The notes under the pieces are model-generated. The model searched no databases and was not told the origin of the DNA. It worked only from the letters and a program-made list of their open reading frames with translations. A stretch of 64,000 bases of DNA, taken from the IMG/VR virus record IMGVR_UViG_3300023181_000002, positions 1-64,000 of that record; one strand, 5' to 3'. Of this stretch, positions 18,967-29,570 are shown in pieces. The position numbers and the translations under genes were made by a program. The first letter of the stretch is position 1. Every line of letters begins with the position of its first letter. This stretch comes from a virus.

Positions 18967-19304
18967 TAAACTAAATAAAACTTCATGGAACAACCATATT
19001 ACGCAAGCGTTGACTTTGACAAGGATTACCTCAGAGAGTGTGATTTGATTAAAAAATTCACAGGACTTGATCAATATTCAATAGGATCAAATGATTTGCT
19101 CGATGCTATTCTTGAAATAGAATCATCGGGAGAGTTTTGTTTTACGAGGACTAAATGGAATTGCAGTATAGATTACTGTGATCTTTCTAGGCGAGGTGAA
19201 TGTGCTTTGTCTTTTGGTATTACACAATGGTTCACCGCTGAAGAAAATTGCATTCACTTTGTTTTGGTTCAATTTGTTGAATGGTATTTTAAAGCAACAC
19301 GATC

Positions 19305-19529
19305 ATGACAGATCCAAATCACGCAGCATTTCCATTTCAATATGTAGAGAAAGATACACTGATAATTCATCCGGGTCTTTCTATTAGGCACTACTTTGCA
19401 GCGTTAGCCATGCAGGGGATGCTAGCAGATCAAACATATGTACAACCCAATCAATCTAACATAATAGCCGAGGAGGCTGTAAAATTAGCAGATGCATTAA
19501 TTGAGGAATTAAACAAAGAGAAATCATGA
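19305..19529 (+). CDS. Conserved small phage protein
   Basis: AFP...GLS.R.YFAA.AMQG.LA....A..AV..ADALI.EL. Confidence 0.75.
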   Translation: MTDPNHAAFPFQYVEKDTLIIHPGLSIRHYFAALAMQGMLADQTYVQPNQSNIIAEEAVKLADALIEELNKEKS

Positions 19530-19837
19530 AGATAAAGGAGGCTCAGGTATATCAGTGGCTTGATCAGGTAAAGGCTGAAGAAATATCATTTAGCAGGATG
19601 GTCGAGCTGATTAATGAAGAGGCAAATAAAGTTGAATGGTTTAAACCTTCTGAGAAAATGCCTAAAGAAGATGACGAACTTGTAATTATCATTTCGGTAG
19701 GTAATTACAAGTTTCAACAAAACATGCTTTACTTTAAGCACAGAAAAACGTGGTTTAAGAAACTTGTTCACGCTTGGCGACTACGAAGAGCCCCAGTTCC
19801 AATTCCATCAGAATTTCAAAATTAGATATTAAGCATT

Positions 19838-20191
19838 ATGAAACCTTGGCAAGAAGTATTCAAACCGCCATTCGTCCAATGGGAAGGCATCTCTTATGTG
19901 TTCGATTCTCAGGACACCTTCGTCTTTCAGTTTATCACCACCAATGAAGATTATCAGAAGATATGCCTGGAAATAATCAACGGCACGAGCAGCAAGAGGA
20001 TTCAAACTCCTTTGGAGTATAAATCCGGATATATACAAGACCTTGAAGGGAGGAAGTTGATACTTCTGCGCGGCTGGGGTCACCTCACTGGAGTAGGCGG
20101 ATTGAATTTACCCGATGAAGAGGCGCGATCTATTCAGGATGGATTTGCGAAGTATTTGCTTGAAAAGTTGAATGGAAATGAAAACGTATAA
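19838..20191 (+). CDS. Conserved phage protein
   Basis: LRGWGHLTG.GGL.L...EA...QD motif. Confidence 0.65.
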   Translation: MKPWQEVFKPPFVQWEGISYVFDSQDTFVFQFITTNEDYQKICLEIINGTSSKRIQTPLEYKSGYIQDLEGRKLILLRGWGHLTGVGGLNLPDEEARSIQDGFAKYLLEKLNGNENV

Positions 20192-21225
20192 CCAACCCCG
20201 GCAATCATTATGTGTAACTGTATAAAAACAATAAGAGAACGATTTATTCAACAGTCTGGCATCAAATATATGAAATTTGATTTGGACGATGTCAGAAGTT
20301 ATTCTCCAGAAGGGAAGCAAATTGGAGGCAATAAAACAGGGCAACGGGTTTTCATTGGAGAGGAGAAATTAAAGAAAGATGGCTCTAAAGAGCTAAAGGA
20401 GCGGAAAAGTTTTATAGCCCATACTTACTGCCCGTTTTGTGGCAAAAAATATTAATCATCATGACAAAAGAAACCAACCTCGAAGACATCAGCTTCGATA
20501 CGATCTACGACACCGTCAAAGAAATCTCTACAGCTACAATCACGACAAAATCATCTTTGGGATATTTTTCTTCAGACATTTTCCTATATGGAGAACTAGG
20601 ACAGAGTCAGGTTTCGATGCGAAACGACTCCGGAATGGTAGAGATGTTGATCACAGATCCCGATGGGAAGTTTATCTATTTGGGTAAACTCTCTTTAATG
20701 CTCCCGATGGGGTTTATCGCTGGAGAGTTTTATGGCGTATTTAAAGCGGTTTCGGCTTATGTTAAGGGTGGATTTGACGAGGTTAAACTTGAAGAGAGAT
20801 CATGAGAGACGGTAGCAATAATAATTGGGTTTATTTAGATCCAGATAATAGAAAGAATCCGCCTGAAACTCTTCATTGCTGTCGTTGTATGCGTACTTTG
20901 AAGGATACACCATCTTTCACCAGTTTCATATCGGTAGAAGTTCATCGTGAGCATCCATGGGTAAGAAAAAGTATACTTGGCAGGCAATTGATAGGATCTG
21001 ATTGTTGGAATAAAATTAAGGGGAATATTGTAGAAGATGATGATATATGAGAATCTACACCGTAAAATTCTACCAGGACGAGAAATTAAAATCCACAAAG
21101 ACCTTTTCAAAAGACTCCCTTGAAGAGGTGTACTGCGAAGCGGATAACGTGCTCAGGAAGCATCCGAAGTGGGACTGGGAAGTAATAGTGCCGAGAAAAG
21201 AAAATGAAAATATTTCTCACTAAAG

Positions 21226-21257
21226 TTTGCATTGTAATTACCAATTATATATCTTTG
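21226..21257 (+). promoter_or_regulatory. Consensus Bacteroidota promoter with internal palindrome
   Basis: TTTG 21226-29, 20-nt spacer containing taatt-acc-aatta, TATCTTTG 21250-57. Confidence 0.8.
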
Positions 21258-21280
21258 ATGCTAACAATATAGATATATTT

Positions 21281-21454
21281 ATGGAAATCAATATCGAAAG
21301 AAAATCAGACGAAAGAGCATCCTTTATGGTGCGCATGTCAAAAGAATTCCACGAAGAGGCAAAGAAAAGAGCAGCATCCCTGGGGTTAACTCTGAACGCG
21401 TATGTGATCATGAGAATCCGGTTGGATATGCCTGCTAAAGAAATTACTCCTTAA
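21281..21454 (+). CDS. Arc/HicB-like ribbon-helix-helix repressor
   Basis: SFMVRMSKEFHEEAKKRAASLGLTLNAYV; ATG 21281 lies downstream of the promoter. Confidence 0.8.
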   Translation: MEINIERKSDERASFMVRMSKEFHEEAKKRAASLGLTLNAYVIMRIRLDMPAKEITP

Positions 21455-21487
21455 TCAGACGGGGAGTGATATGGAGGGTAATCAGGT

Positions 21488-21523
21488 CTACTGCCTGACG
21501 GGAGTGTTGGGCAGTAGCTTTTT
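21488..21523 (+). terminator. Intrinsic terminator/attenuator before SSB gene
   Basis: ctactgcctgac / gttgggcagtag stem, loop gggagt, then cttttt. Confidence 0.7.
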
Positions 21524-21577
21524 AAACCTTCTGTTAAAGTGTAAACTAATCATTAACTTTTATAATATACAATAATC

Positions 21578-22315
21578 ATGGGACGTTCAGACGAATTTAA
21601 AGCATCAAACCCTAATCCTGCAAAGTATTTCCTTGAATGGCGCAGCAATGAGAAATCATTCAGCTTCTACAATAAGGAAACAAAATTAAACGTGAAAGTA
21701 CCGCTTCCTTTTAGCTTCCTGGTATTGAAGCAACTACATACCGTCCGTGGCTGGAGTGATAAAGATTCTTGCGGAATATATTCTAACGAAGTTGCCAAGA
21801 TATCAGAAGAACCTTTAACGGTAAAATCCTTCAAGGGCGGTCTTCTTGGATCAGGACTTTACAGTAATATTAAACACCAGATTGGTGCAGCCGGAGCTGA
21901 ATATAATCGTAGCATTTACGCACTCTCTTCAAGGGGGGAACTTATCAATATCGCGTTTAAAGCCTCCAGTGTGAAAAGTTGGGGCGATTTCACAAAAAAT
22001 ATGAACGATAAACTAGAGCATCAGTGGGTAATAATCAAAAGCGCATCCGATGAAAAGAAAGGTGCTGTGAATTATTCCGTACCGGTGTTTGAGTTCGGAG
22101 ATAAAGTAACTGCGGAAATTTCTGCTATCGCCGATGCTAAGTATGACGAACTTGTCGCTTACTTGAAAGGGCACAAAGCTTCTCAAACTGCGGAAGAAGA
22201 AAAAGAAATTGTTGAAGAGACTGTTTCAAGAACTTCTGCTGTGAGTATGCCTCCCGTGAGTGAGCCGCCTATTGCTGATTTCTCAGAAGACGAAAGTGAC
22301 GACCTCCCCTTCTGA
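21578..22315 (+). CDS. Putative single-stranded DNA-binding protein
   Basis: Acidic C-terminal tail ending DDLPF; aromatic-rich beta core; replication module context. Confidence 0.6.
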   Translation: MGRSDEFKASNPNPAKYFLEWRSNEKSFSFYNKETKLNVKVPLPFSFLVLKQLHTVRGWSDKDSCGIYSNEVAKISEEPLTVKSFKGGLLGSGLYSNIKHQIGAAGAEYNRSIYALSSRGELINIAFKASSVKSWGDFTKNMNDKLEHQWVIIKSASDEKKGAVNYSVPVFEFGDKVTAEISAIADAKYDELVAYLKGHKASQTAEEEKEIVEETVSRTSAVSMPPVSEPPIADFSEDESDDLPF

Positions 22316-22923
22316 TAACTACTTGATAATCAGTAACTTAAATGATAAAATGAGAAACTTCCCTGATATCAAAAGTGCACACCATGCCGAGACGTATTTA
22401 TCCCTTAAAAGGCGCGACCCTGAAACTGTAAACGCTTTGATTAAGTATGTGGCAACACTGGGCATTATTCGGTATCAGGGAAAGTTCCATCAATACTACG
22501 AGTTCGACCCTATTACCGGAGCTTTGAATAGAGCTGTAGTAAGGTTAGATGGATTTATCTCAGAGGCTTCGATTGTAAAGAGGCGCGGTTATCAGTACGC
22601 TAGCGCATGGAATGATGAAAAAGCATTGGAATATTTTAAACAATTAAATCAGAACCACCAATGAAAGCTAAATTTTATCAAAAATTCTTCAACAACTTGA
22701 CCAAGGAGGAATTAGAAAAAGAAGTATTATTTATCTCGGAAGAGTATAGTTTATCGGGATATGTCAAGAAAATTAAAAAAGCTCCTCATAATCTACTTTG
22801 GGATGGAGAAGATGATCCGAGTCCACTACACACCAAGGCATACTTCTTAAAAGAAGGCCATGACGCAGAAGATGTAGAATCTTATGTGGTAGAAATTCAC
22901 AAAGGAGATATTGTAATTGAAAT

Positions 22924-24021
22924 ATGAAAACAGAACCACAAATAGAAATCACACCTAACGAGGTTAAACTTATCCCGATCACCAAGATCGAGTCGGACAT
23001 TTTAGCGATAAAAGAGAAATGCAAATCGCTAAAGATTGAAAGTCCGACAGATAAAACCGGATTCAACAAGGTCGTCGAAAACCGTAAGGCGTTAAAAGCT
23101 TTGAATGTTCTTATCGAGAAGAATCGCAAAAGTCTTGTTGAAGAGTCAGTTTCCTGGCAGAAACAAGTAAACTCAGCTGCCCGTAAGTTGTCCGCTATGG
23201 TGGATGAAATCAAGACCCCTCTCGAGTTTATGGAGAGCGAGTTCATCCTTGCGGGGGAACATGAGAAGATGCGTGTCGAAGCAGAGAAGCAAGCCAAGGT
23301 GCAACAACGCGCTGAAAAAATACTCGCTCTCAACGCACGCTACAACGGCACCCACTTCATCCTTGGGCAGGTACAAATCAGCCAGGCTGCGATAGAAAAG
23401 TTGAGCGATGAGGATTTTGAAGGAGAATTAGCTTTAATGACGCAAGAGTCAGAAGCAATCCTTGAAGCGGATCGCCTTGAGAAGGAGCGACAACTCGCAG
23501 AGAAGACCCGGTTAGAAGAGGAGCGTAAAGAGTTGGAAGCTTTACGGGCTAAACTTGAAGAGAAGGAGAAAGCGTTGAATGAAAAAGAAGCAGCGAAAGG
23601 TGAGACTGCCGCTAAATTACTTGTTAATGGCACAGACTCCGAAGCGGAAGCTATAAAAGAAGAGTTTGACGCTAAGAGAGAATCCGTAGAAAGTTCTTTT
23701 GTGAATAACTTATTTCCGAAGTCTGTCATGGATCAGATTGATACAATTATTAATAATGAGAGTCCGCAAGCAGAGAAGAAATTAGCGGATATGAGCGAAG
23801 ATTCAATATTCACACTTTTAAACGAAACTACAGGCAGGAGAGACTTTATAAATCAACCCGCAGAAATCATCGGAGAAGCCATCACCGAACCGGAAGACAT
23901 GAATATATTATTCGCCTTGGAGCAGTACGCAGCAGAGTTGTACGGCAGTAAACCCTCTTTGGCGAAAGCCTTTAAAGAAGGTGCACTCTGGATGCAGGAG
24001 AAATTGAAAATTGTTGAGTAA
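22924..24021 (+). CDS. Coiled-coil phage protein (DUF1351-like)
   Basis: RK.LK.....IEK.RK.L......K.V...A..L...V..I..PL followed by long E/K-rich helix. Confidence 0.5.
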   Translation: MKTEPQIEITPNEVKLIPITKIESDILAIKEKCKSLKIESPTDKTGFNKVVENRKALKALNVLIEKNRKSLVEESVSWQKQVNSAARKLSAMVDEIKTPLEFMESEFILAGEHEKMRVEAEKQAKVQQRAEKILALNARYNGTHFILGQVQISQAAIEKLSDEDFEGELALMTQESEAILEADRLEKERQLAEKTRLEEERKELEALRAKLEEKEKALNEKEAAKGETAAKLLVNGTDSEAEAIKEEFDAKRESVESSFVNNLFPKSVMDQIDTIINNESPQAEKKLADMSEDSIFTLLNETTGRRDFINQPAEIIGEAITEPEDMNILFALEQYAAELYGSKPSLAKAFKEGALWMQEKLKIVE

Positions 24022-24031
24022 GATAGTTTTT

Positions 24032-24064
24032 ACTTGTAGAGGGATATTCCTTCTACAAGTTTTC
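24032..24064 (+). terminator. Hairpin with GGGATATTC apex
   Basis: acttgtagaggga-tat-tccttctacaagt, then ttt. Confidence 0.6.
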
Positions 24065-24099
24065 TAAAAGAAATTCCACTTTAAAACCAGAACCACAAC

Positions 24100-24549
24100 A
24101 TGTTTTACAAAGCAACCATCAAATACCAAGAGCAAACCCCTAAAGGGAAGATTAAAACGATTTCTGAACAGTATCTGTTCGATTCGGTCTCATTTACTGA
24201 AGTTGAAGCAAGACTGGCGCAGATGCAACTTGACGGAGAAATTCATTTGGATATCGCTGTCGAAGCGATTGCTAAATACAACGCTGGTGAGATCATATTT
24301 CATGCAGATCCCGAAAAAGATGACCTTAAATGGTATCGATTGAAATATTATTATCTCGACGGAGTTGAAGAAGAGCAGCCTAAACGCGTCACCGGTTACA
24401 TGATGATCCAAGATGTAGATTCGAAGAGTGCACTTTGGACAGCAGCTACCCGTTTTCAGACGTGGCTTGTGACGGTTTTTGCAGGAAGTTTATCCGAGAC
24501 GAAAATCTTAAGAATCTTTCCCTATAAAAAGGACAACGATAAAGGTTAA
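24100..24549 (+). CDS. DUF4494 family protein
   Basis: FYKATIKY....KGK.K..SEQYL.D..SFTE.EAR...; KWYRLK....E....KR; ETKI..IFPY. Confidence 0.75.
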   Translation: MFYKATIKYQEQTPKGKIKTISEQYLFDSVSFTEVEARLAQMQLDGEIHLDIAVEAIAKYNAGEIIFHADPEKDDLKWYRLKYYYLDGVEEEQPKRVTGYMMIQDVDSKSALWTAATRFQTWLVTVFAGSLSETKILRIFPYKKDNDKG

Positions 24550-24565
24550 GGGTTAGGAGTTCAAT

Positions 24566-24590
24566 TCTTCCGGGGATATTCTCCGGAAGA
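24566..24590 (+). terminator. Hairpin with GGGATATTC apex
   Basis: tcttccgggga-tat-tctccggaaga. Confidence 0.55.
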
Positions 24591-24875
24591 TATTTTAAAC
24601 AAGAAAAATAATCATGCAAAATATCGACAGAATAAACAGCATAATAGAATCATTCTCTTCGCTGGATGATGCAGAGAAAAACAGCCTACTGATCTCTTTG
24701 ATGGAACGTACGCAGGCAAGTAGACTCCTGACAGTTACGGAAGCTGAGAAGGTTAAATCTGACACGGAGAAAGCGATGCTTGATCTTGAGAAGGCGATCA
24801 GGAAGATGAAATTCTCTCAATATCCTGTTTCGGAAAGTGAACATCTATCATCCGGCAACGCAACGACGAGATTGA

Positions 24876-25100
24876 ATGGACATGCCTGAAATTGAAATTA
24901 CAGACACCTTCAGATATCCGGAGGGTAAATACAAAGGAGTCCGCATCGGGCTTATCCCTGAAGCATTATTGAGGGCAGAGCTGGATTTCGGAAAGACTCT
25001 TCGTAAAAGGCAAAACAAACCACTCAGAGAATACTTGATTAAAAAACTTTATGGAAACGAAGAGGGAAGTGTTAATCCGGCAGATACAAGCATTGAATAG
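24876..25100 (+). CDS. DUF3820-like small protein
   Basis: P.GKYKG..I..IP...L motif. Confidence 0.45.
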   Translation: MDMPEIEITDTFRYPEGKYKGVRIGLIPEALLRAELDFGKTLRKRQNKPLREYLIKKLYGNEEGSVNPADTSIE

Positions 25101-26291
25101 TCAGCTCTTGACAACGAAGACGGAGGTGATCATTCGGAATTGTAACAGAACCATTAAAATTTTACAGGAACAACTTAAAAATTTACCGAGATGAAATTTA
25201 AAATTCCAACAGATGTATATGTAGATGTAATATCGATAAACAACGTATTGGTAAATACATCTTCTGGAAAGAAAAAAGTAAAAAGATTAATTGAGCTTGA
25301 TTTCGTAGAGTTTGTGATATTACAAGACCCGAAAGTTAGATACCAATCTTTGGATGATTTTTCAGGAGTATCTGCAATAAAATGTAAACAAACTGACGAA
25401 TGGTATCTTTCAGAGAATATAAAAAATAAGGCGTTAATGTTTAGACCAATAGATAGATCATGAAATCATACAAAGAAATAGTACATGGATTACTGATCAC
25501 CGAGCTTGCTAATCACATAATATCTGAAGAAGAGGTTGCCAAGAGGCTTTCTAAAGGTTATGTCACTTACACTCTTGAATTACAAGAAAAAGCAGCCGGC
25601 ATGTATGCTCAACAAGTGGCGGAAAGTATTAAAGAACAAATTAAAGAGAATGTTTTCGAAATGCTTAAAGAGGAAGAACTCAATCCATTATTCGTTCAGA
25701 AGATTTTATCAAGCATTATTAACCCTCAGACCATACTCCCATGACAACCGACAAAGAATGGCTATTCACAGCCGACAGCTCTTATTTCTCGTGCACCGAG
25801 AAAGTATACACCGAAAAACGCCTCAACCACTTATGCAAATTCGTCAAGAAAGCACATGACAGGAATTTCTTGAAGGAGAACATCAAGCCAAGCTACATCC
25901 ACGACAGGGTTAAATATAGAGCGTGGCAGAAGTTAGAAAGAACCGCACGATTAAAAGTAACTATAGAACCTTATACTTATGCCAATGCACAATGATTGGG
26001 CACGAGAAGCCCTGAATTACACCATCAAAGCGATTACCCATATCGAAAGCGGCGAACAAGGTTTAACTCAGCGTCACCGCCTCAGAAAGCTCCTTGAAAG
26101 GCCATTACTCTACATGGAGCATCACCAGGATACCGCTGAATTCGAATCTTCTGACAAAGTACTCTTTCACAAGATACTCCTGAGCGCGACTATCCTGTCG
26201 GAGAACACCTACACGCCAGAGGAAACCTTGAGAAGGTTGAAAATCCAAGAGGTTGACCTTTGGGAATATTTAGGCGAATCGCCTGCTATAC

Positions 26292-27494
26292 ATGATCAGA
26301 ACCAGCTTAAAATTGACTTTGATGGAACAGATAAAAATTGAGTTAAGGTCTAAGGACTTACTGAAAGCCTTCGCCGTTTTGTCAGCAGCTATACCGGCAA
26401 ATCCACTCGTTCCATTATATGCCTACGTGAAATTCGAAGTGTACAACGGCTCAAAAAGGATATTCCTGACAGCGACTGACAGCAAGATTACCGTAAAGGC
26501 GTTTCTTGAAGCATCCTCTGTTGAAATATTCACTTCAGAGAAGAGTTTTTGTCTAACATATACTGATAGCAAGGCTCTGTTGGGATCGCTTCCTGACGCG
26601 CCTATTTCGCTGGTTTACTCCAGTGAAGGGGTTAACTTCGACGTGAATATCATCAGCCAGACGCATGATTACAAATTAACAGGGGAAGATGCGAAGCTGT
26701 TTCCTGAAACGAAGCAAACCGGGACGGATCATTTTGTGATCGATGCCGCGCAATTGAAAGAAGGGATCGGGTATTTACAACCAATTATACCTCCTTCAAA
26801 GGATACTGAGTTCAGACCTTATCTTGCGGGGATATACTTTGATTTCAAACCTGATTACGTTACCCTTGTCGCTTTCGACGGGAATATGTCTTTAGCAATC
26901 TTTGAGACGGATATCGAATCGCCAGGGTTCGCTTCTTTTACGCTTCCTTCAAGAGCGGTGAAACTTTTATGGGATATTCTCTCGAACGGGTCCGATCCTG
27001 TAGGGTTTACCCTCTCAGAGAAGCAGGTTTCGATTGAGTACGGGAATGTGTACTTAACAGCTACACTTATGGAAGGGAATTTTCCTCCTTACAAGGCCGT
27101 AGTTACACCCGACCCTATGTTAACCGCAACTGTTGACATAGACCTGTGGAAGCCTGCTTTAACCCGAGCGATGATTTTCTCAGACAGTAACCGCGAAGCA
27201 TTGCACGCTTTTCAGGAAGACCTTTTGTTCATTACCTCTGAAGATGTCTACCTGTCAAAAAAATCCTCTCAGGACATTTCTTTGGAAGACCGCACCGGAG
27301 ATTCACTGGAGATATGCTTGAATGGAGATAAACTGTTGAAGTTGCTTTCGTCAGTGGGTGGCCCCGGGCAGGTGGAGATTAAAAAAGCGCACGAGAAAGC
27401 GGTAGTCCCTTCAATGTACATCTCGACGAAGGTGAATCATGGGAGATCGGCTTCATTCTTTATTATGCCTATTGTTAGAAATAATCAGTTGTAA
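26292..27494 (+). CDS. dnaN: DNA polymerase III beta sliding clamp homolog
   Basis: LTATD, FP, RPYLAGIYF, VAFDG, L.EGNFP.Y..V, C-terminal IMPI; three-domain clamp length. Confidence 0.85.
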   Translation: MIRTSLKLTLMEQIKIELRSKDLLKAFAVLSAAIPANPLVPLYAYVKFEVYNGSKRIFLTATDSKITVKAFLEASSVEIFTSEKSFCLTYTDSKALLGSLPDAPISLVYSSEGVNFDVNIISQTHDYKLTGEDAKLFPETKQTGTDHFVIDAAQLKEGIGYLQPIIPPSKDTEFRPYLAGIYFDFKPDYVTLVAFDGNMSLAIFETDIESPGFASFTLPSRAVKLLWDILSNGSDPVGFTLSEKQVSIEYGNVYLTATLMEGNFPPYKAVVTPDPMLTATVDIDLWKPALTRAMIFSDSNREALHAFQEDLLFITSEDVYLSKKSSQDISLEDRTGDSLEICLNGDKLLKLLSSVGGPGQVEIKKAHEKAVVPSMYISTKVNHGRSASFFIMPIVRNNQL

Positions 27495-27705
27495 ATATGG
27501 ATTTCATTGTTAATTGCCAAGCTAATTATCGGGATGAATTTAAAAATATTGTTACCAAAGAATATGCTATCAATGTGAAAACTCCTTCATTTGAACCATA
27601 TCTTAAAAATAACAATACGCTTAAATTATTCCTCTTGAACTCGATATTTAAGAATCCAGATTCAAGTAAAGTTAATTTAATTATTACAGGTATAATCAAA
27701 CGATA

Positions 27706-28224
27706 ATGTCAAACTGGGAAGGAAAAACTAAAAAGCCAAAAACGGATGAGTGGTACACACCCAAGTATATATTCGATGCTTTGGGATGTAAATTCGACAC
27801 TGACGTAGCAGCGCCAGAAGATAAGAGATTCGTTCACACTCCAACAAAATATTTTATAACGAAGAATTCAAAAGGAGATGATCGTTCTTGGTGTGGCATG
27901 GTTTGGTGCAACCCTCCTTTTTCGGGTAGATCCGGTAAAAGCTGGTGGTTGAATGAGATGTATGAATACGGGAACGGTATTGCGCTAACCCCCGATAGGA
28001 CATCCGCTCCATGGTGGCCTATCGCTGCCAAGCAGTGTGACGCTTTAATGTTTGTTACGGGTAAAATTAAATTCATTCAGCCTGACGGAACTACCGCTAA
28101 TTCGCCAGGAAATGGAACAACTTTATTTGCCTATGGCGCACGAGCTGTTGAGGCTTTATACACTGCACAGGAAAGAGGATTAGGTATAGTAATGATATAT
28201 TCACAAATAATATCCGAACCATGA
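27706..28224 (+). CDS. Phage DNA N6-adenine methyltransferase (Dam_phage type)
   Basis: DEWYTP..IF.ALG..F..D, VWCNPPF, GIAL...RT...W, KIKF. Confidence 0.85.
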   Translation: MSNWEGKTKKPKTDEWYTPKYIFDALGCKFDTDVAAPEDKRFVHTPTKYFITKNSKGDDRSWCGMVWCNPPFSGRSGKSWWLNEMYEYGNGIALTPDRTSAPWWPIAAKQCDALMFVTGKIKFIQPDGTTANSPGNGTTLFAYGARAVEALYTAQERGLGIVMIYSQIISEP

Positions 28225-28565
28225 GCAAATACCTAAAAGGCGACATCCACTTCCTGCTCAACAACCTCATCAAGCAAGCCGATGAAAATAAACCCTGGCA
28301 GGATGCAACCATTTACAATAACCATCTCAGGGATTTAAAAGAATACATCACCTATCTTGAAGGGAATCAGCAGCAGGAGTGGTTGCCGATAGCATTAGCC
28401 AATCCGGAGGATACTATTTTAGGGTACTATCCAGAAGGACAATTAGAAGACAGTCCTATGCAGGTAATGCGCATGAGTCATGGCATGTGGAGCGATGCGG
28501 TTTATCATGAGTGGCATGCAGAACCGACTCATTTTCTTCCATTGCCTAAACCGCCAAGAGTATGA
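28221..28565 (+). CDS. DUF551-like protein
   Basis: W.PI..A....PTH.+PLP.PP. Confidence 0.65.
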   Translation: MSKYLKGDIHFLLNNLIKQADENKPWQDATIYNNHLRDLKEYITYLEGNQQQEWLPIALANPEDTILGYYPEGQLEDSPMQVMRMSHGMWSDAVYHEWHAEPTHFLPLPKPPRV

Positions 28566-28824
28566 GCACAGAACCGAAAAAGATAAAATCAGCATCAGAA
28601 TTTAGCGCGAAAGTTTTTATTGAATTAACTGAAGTGGAAGCAAGAGCATTAGAAGCTATTGCCGGATATTCAGTAAAAGACTTCCTGAGAATATTTTACG
28701 AACACTTAGGCAAGTCTTATTTGCAACCACACGAAAAAGGAGTCGCTTCTTTATTCAGCACTATAAAAGGCGAAATTCCAAAGCATCTATCCCGAATAGA
28801 TAAAACTCGTAAAATATGGAACGA

Positions 28825-28980
28825 ATGAGCAAATCACCTCCCGAAGATATCCTCTCCAAAGCCAGGCAATACGCGGCTTCTGTGAGCAAGAATGAATCCT
28901 ATCAGCAGCACCTGATTAAGGCTTATCTGGAAGGGTATCTCGGAAGATATTTGGTTAAACAAAACCCCAAAAAAACATGA
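28825..28980 (+). CDS. Small hypothetical protein (51 aa, absent from ORF track)
   Basis: MSKSPPEDILSKARQYA...; ATGA overlaps at both ends. Confidence 0.55.
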   Translation: MSKSPPEDILSKARQYAASVSKNESYQQHLIKAYLEGYLGRYLVKQNPKKT

Positions 28981-29386
28981 TAAGCACAGCAGAATACTAC
29001 ATAGCACAGTGTGATAACTGTGGAGAGGCTTGGGTGAATGATCATTATGGATGGTCTGCAATGAATGACAAAGACGGACTTATCGAAATAATGAAAAACG
29101 ATGAGTGGCACTTTGGAGATGGTATCGACGGAGAAGAAGGTAAGTGTTACTGCCCCAAATGTTATAGCTTTAATGATGAAGATGTTTTCAAGTTAGTTAC
29201 ACCAATAAACGAAAAATAGACATGTTATACTGCATCAGAATTGAAAGAGAACTCGAAGAAGTAATGATTCAACATGAGCACTTCGATACGCCACCTACAG
29301 ATGAAGATATTCTCGATTATATCGACACGCTCGATATTAATTATCAGCCCGATTATGGAAAGTTTGAATATTATCCGGTTGGATAG

Positions 29387-29556
29387 TTGACTTTGTAAAG
29401 ATTTCTTTCGAAGTTTGTGTTGGTCAAAAGAGGCCCATCCCTTGAGAAAGGATGTATACTAGACAAGTATTAATTTACCCAAAAGGGTTCGGTATTGAGG
29501 GTTGTCTAGGCTCTCTACTTGGTTACTCAAACCGCCGAAGCCTTTTGGGATTTTTT
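29387..29556 (+). promoter_or_regulatory. Promoter plus leader pseudoknot/terminator element upstream of PD-(D/E)XK gene
   Basis: TTG 29387-89, 20 nt, GAAGTTTG 29410-17; ctagacaa 29459-66 complementary to loop ttgtctag 29502-09; stem 29478-92 / 29535-49 then T-run. Confidence 0.6.
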
Positions 29557-29570
29557 ATGACTAAATTTTT

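Noticed and set aside
24551-24590. tRNA (GGAGTTCAATTCT T-arm-like)
   Set aside because: No acceptor, D or anticodon arms can be built; the sequence belongs to a simple hairpin.
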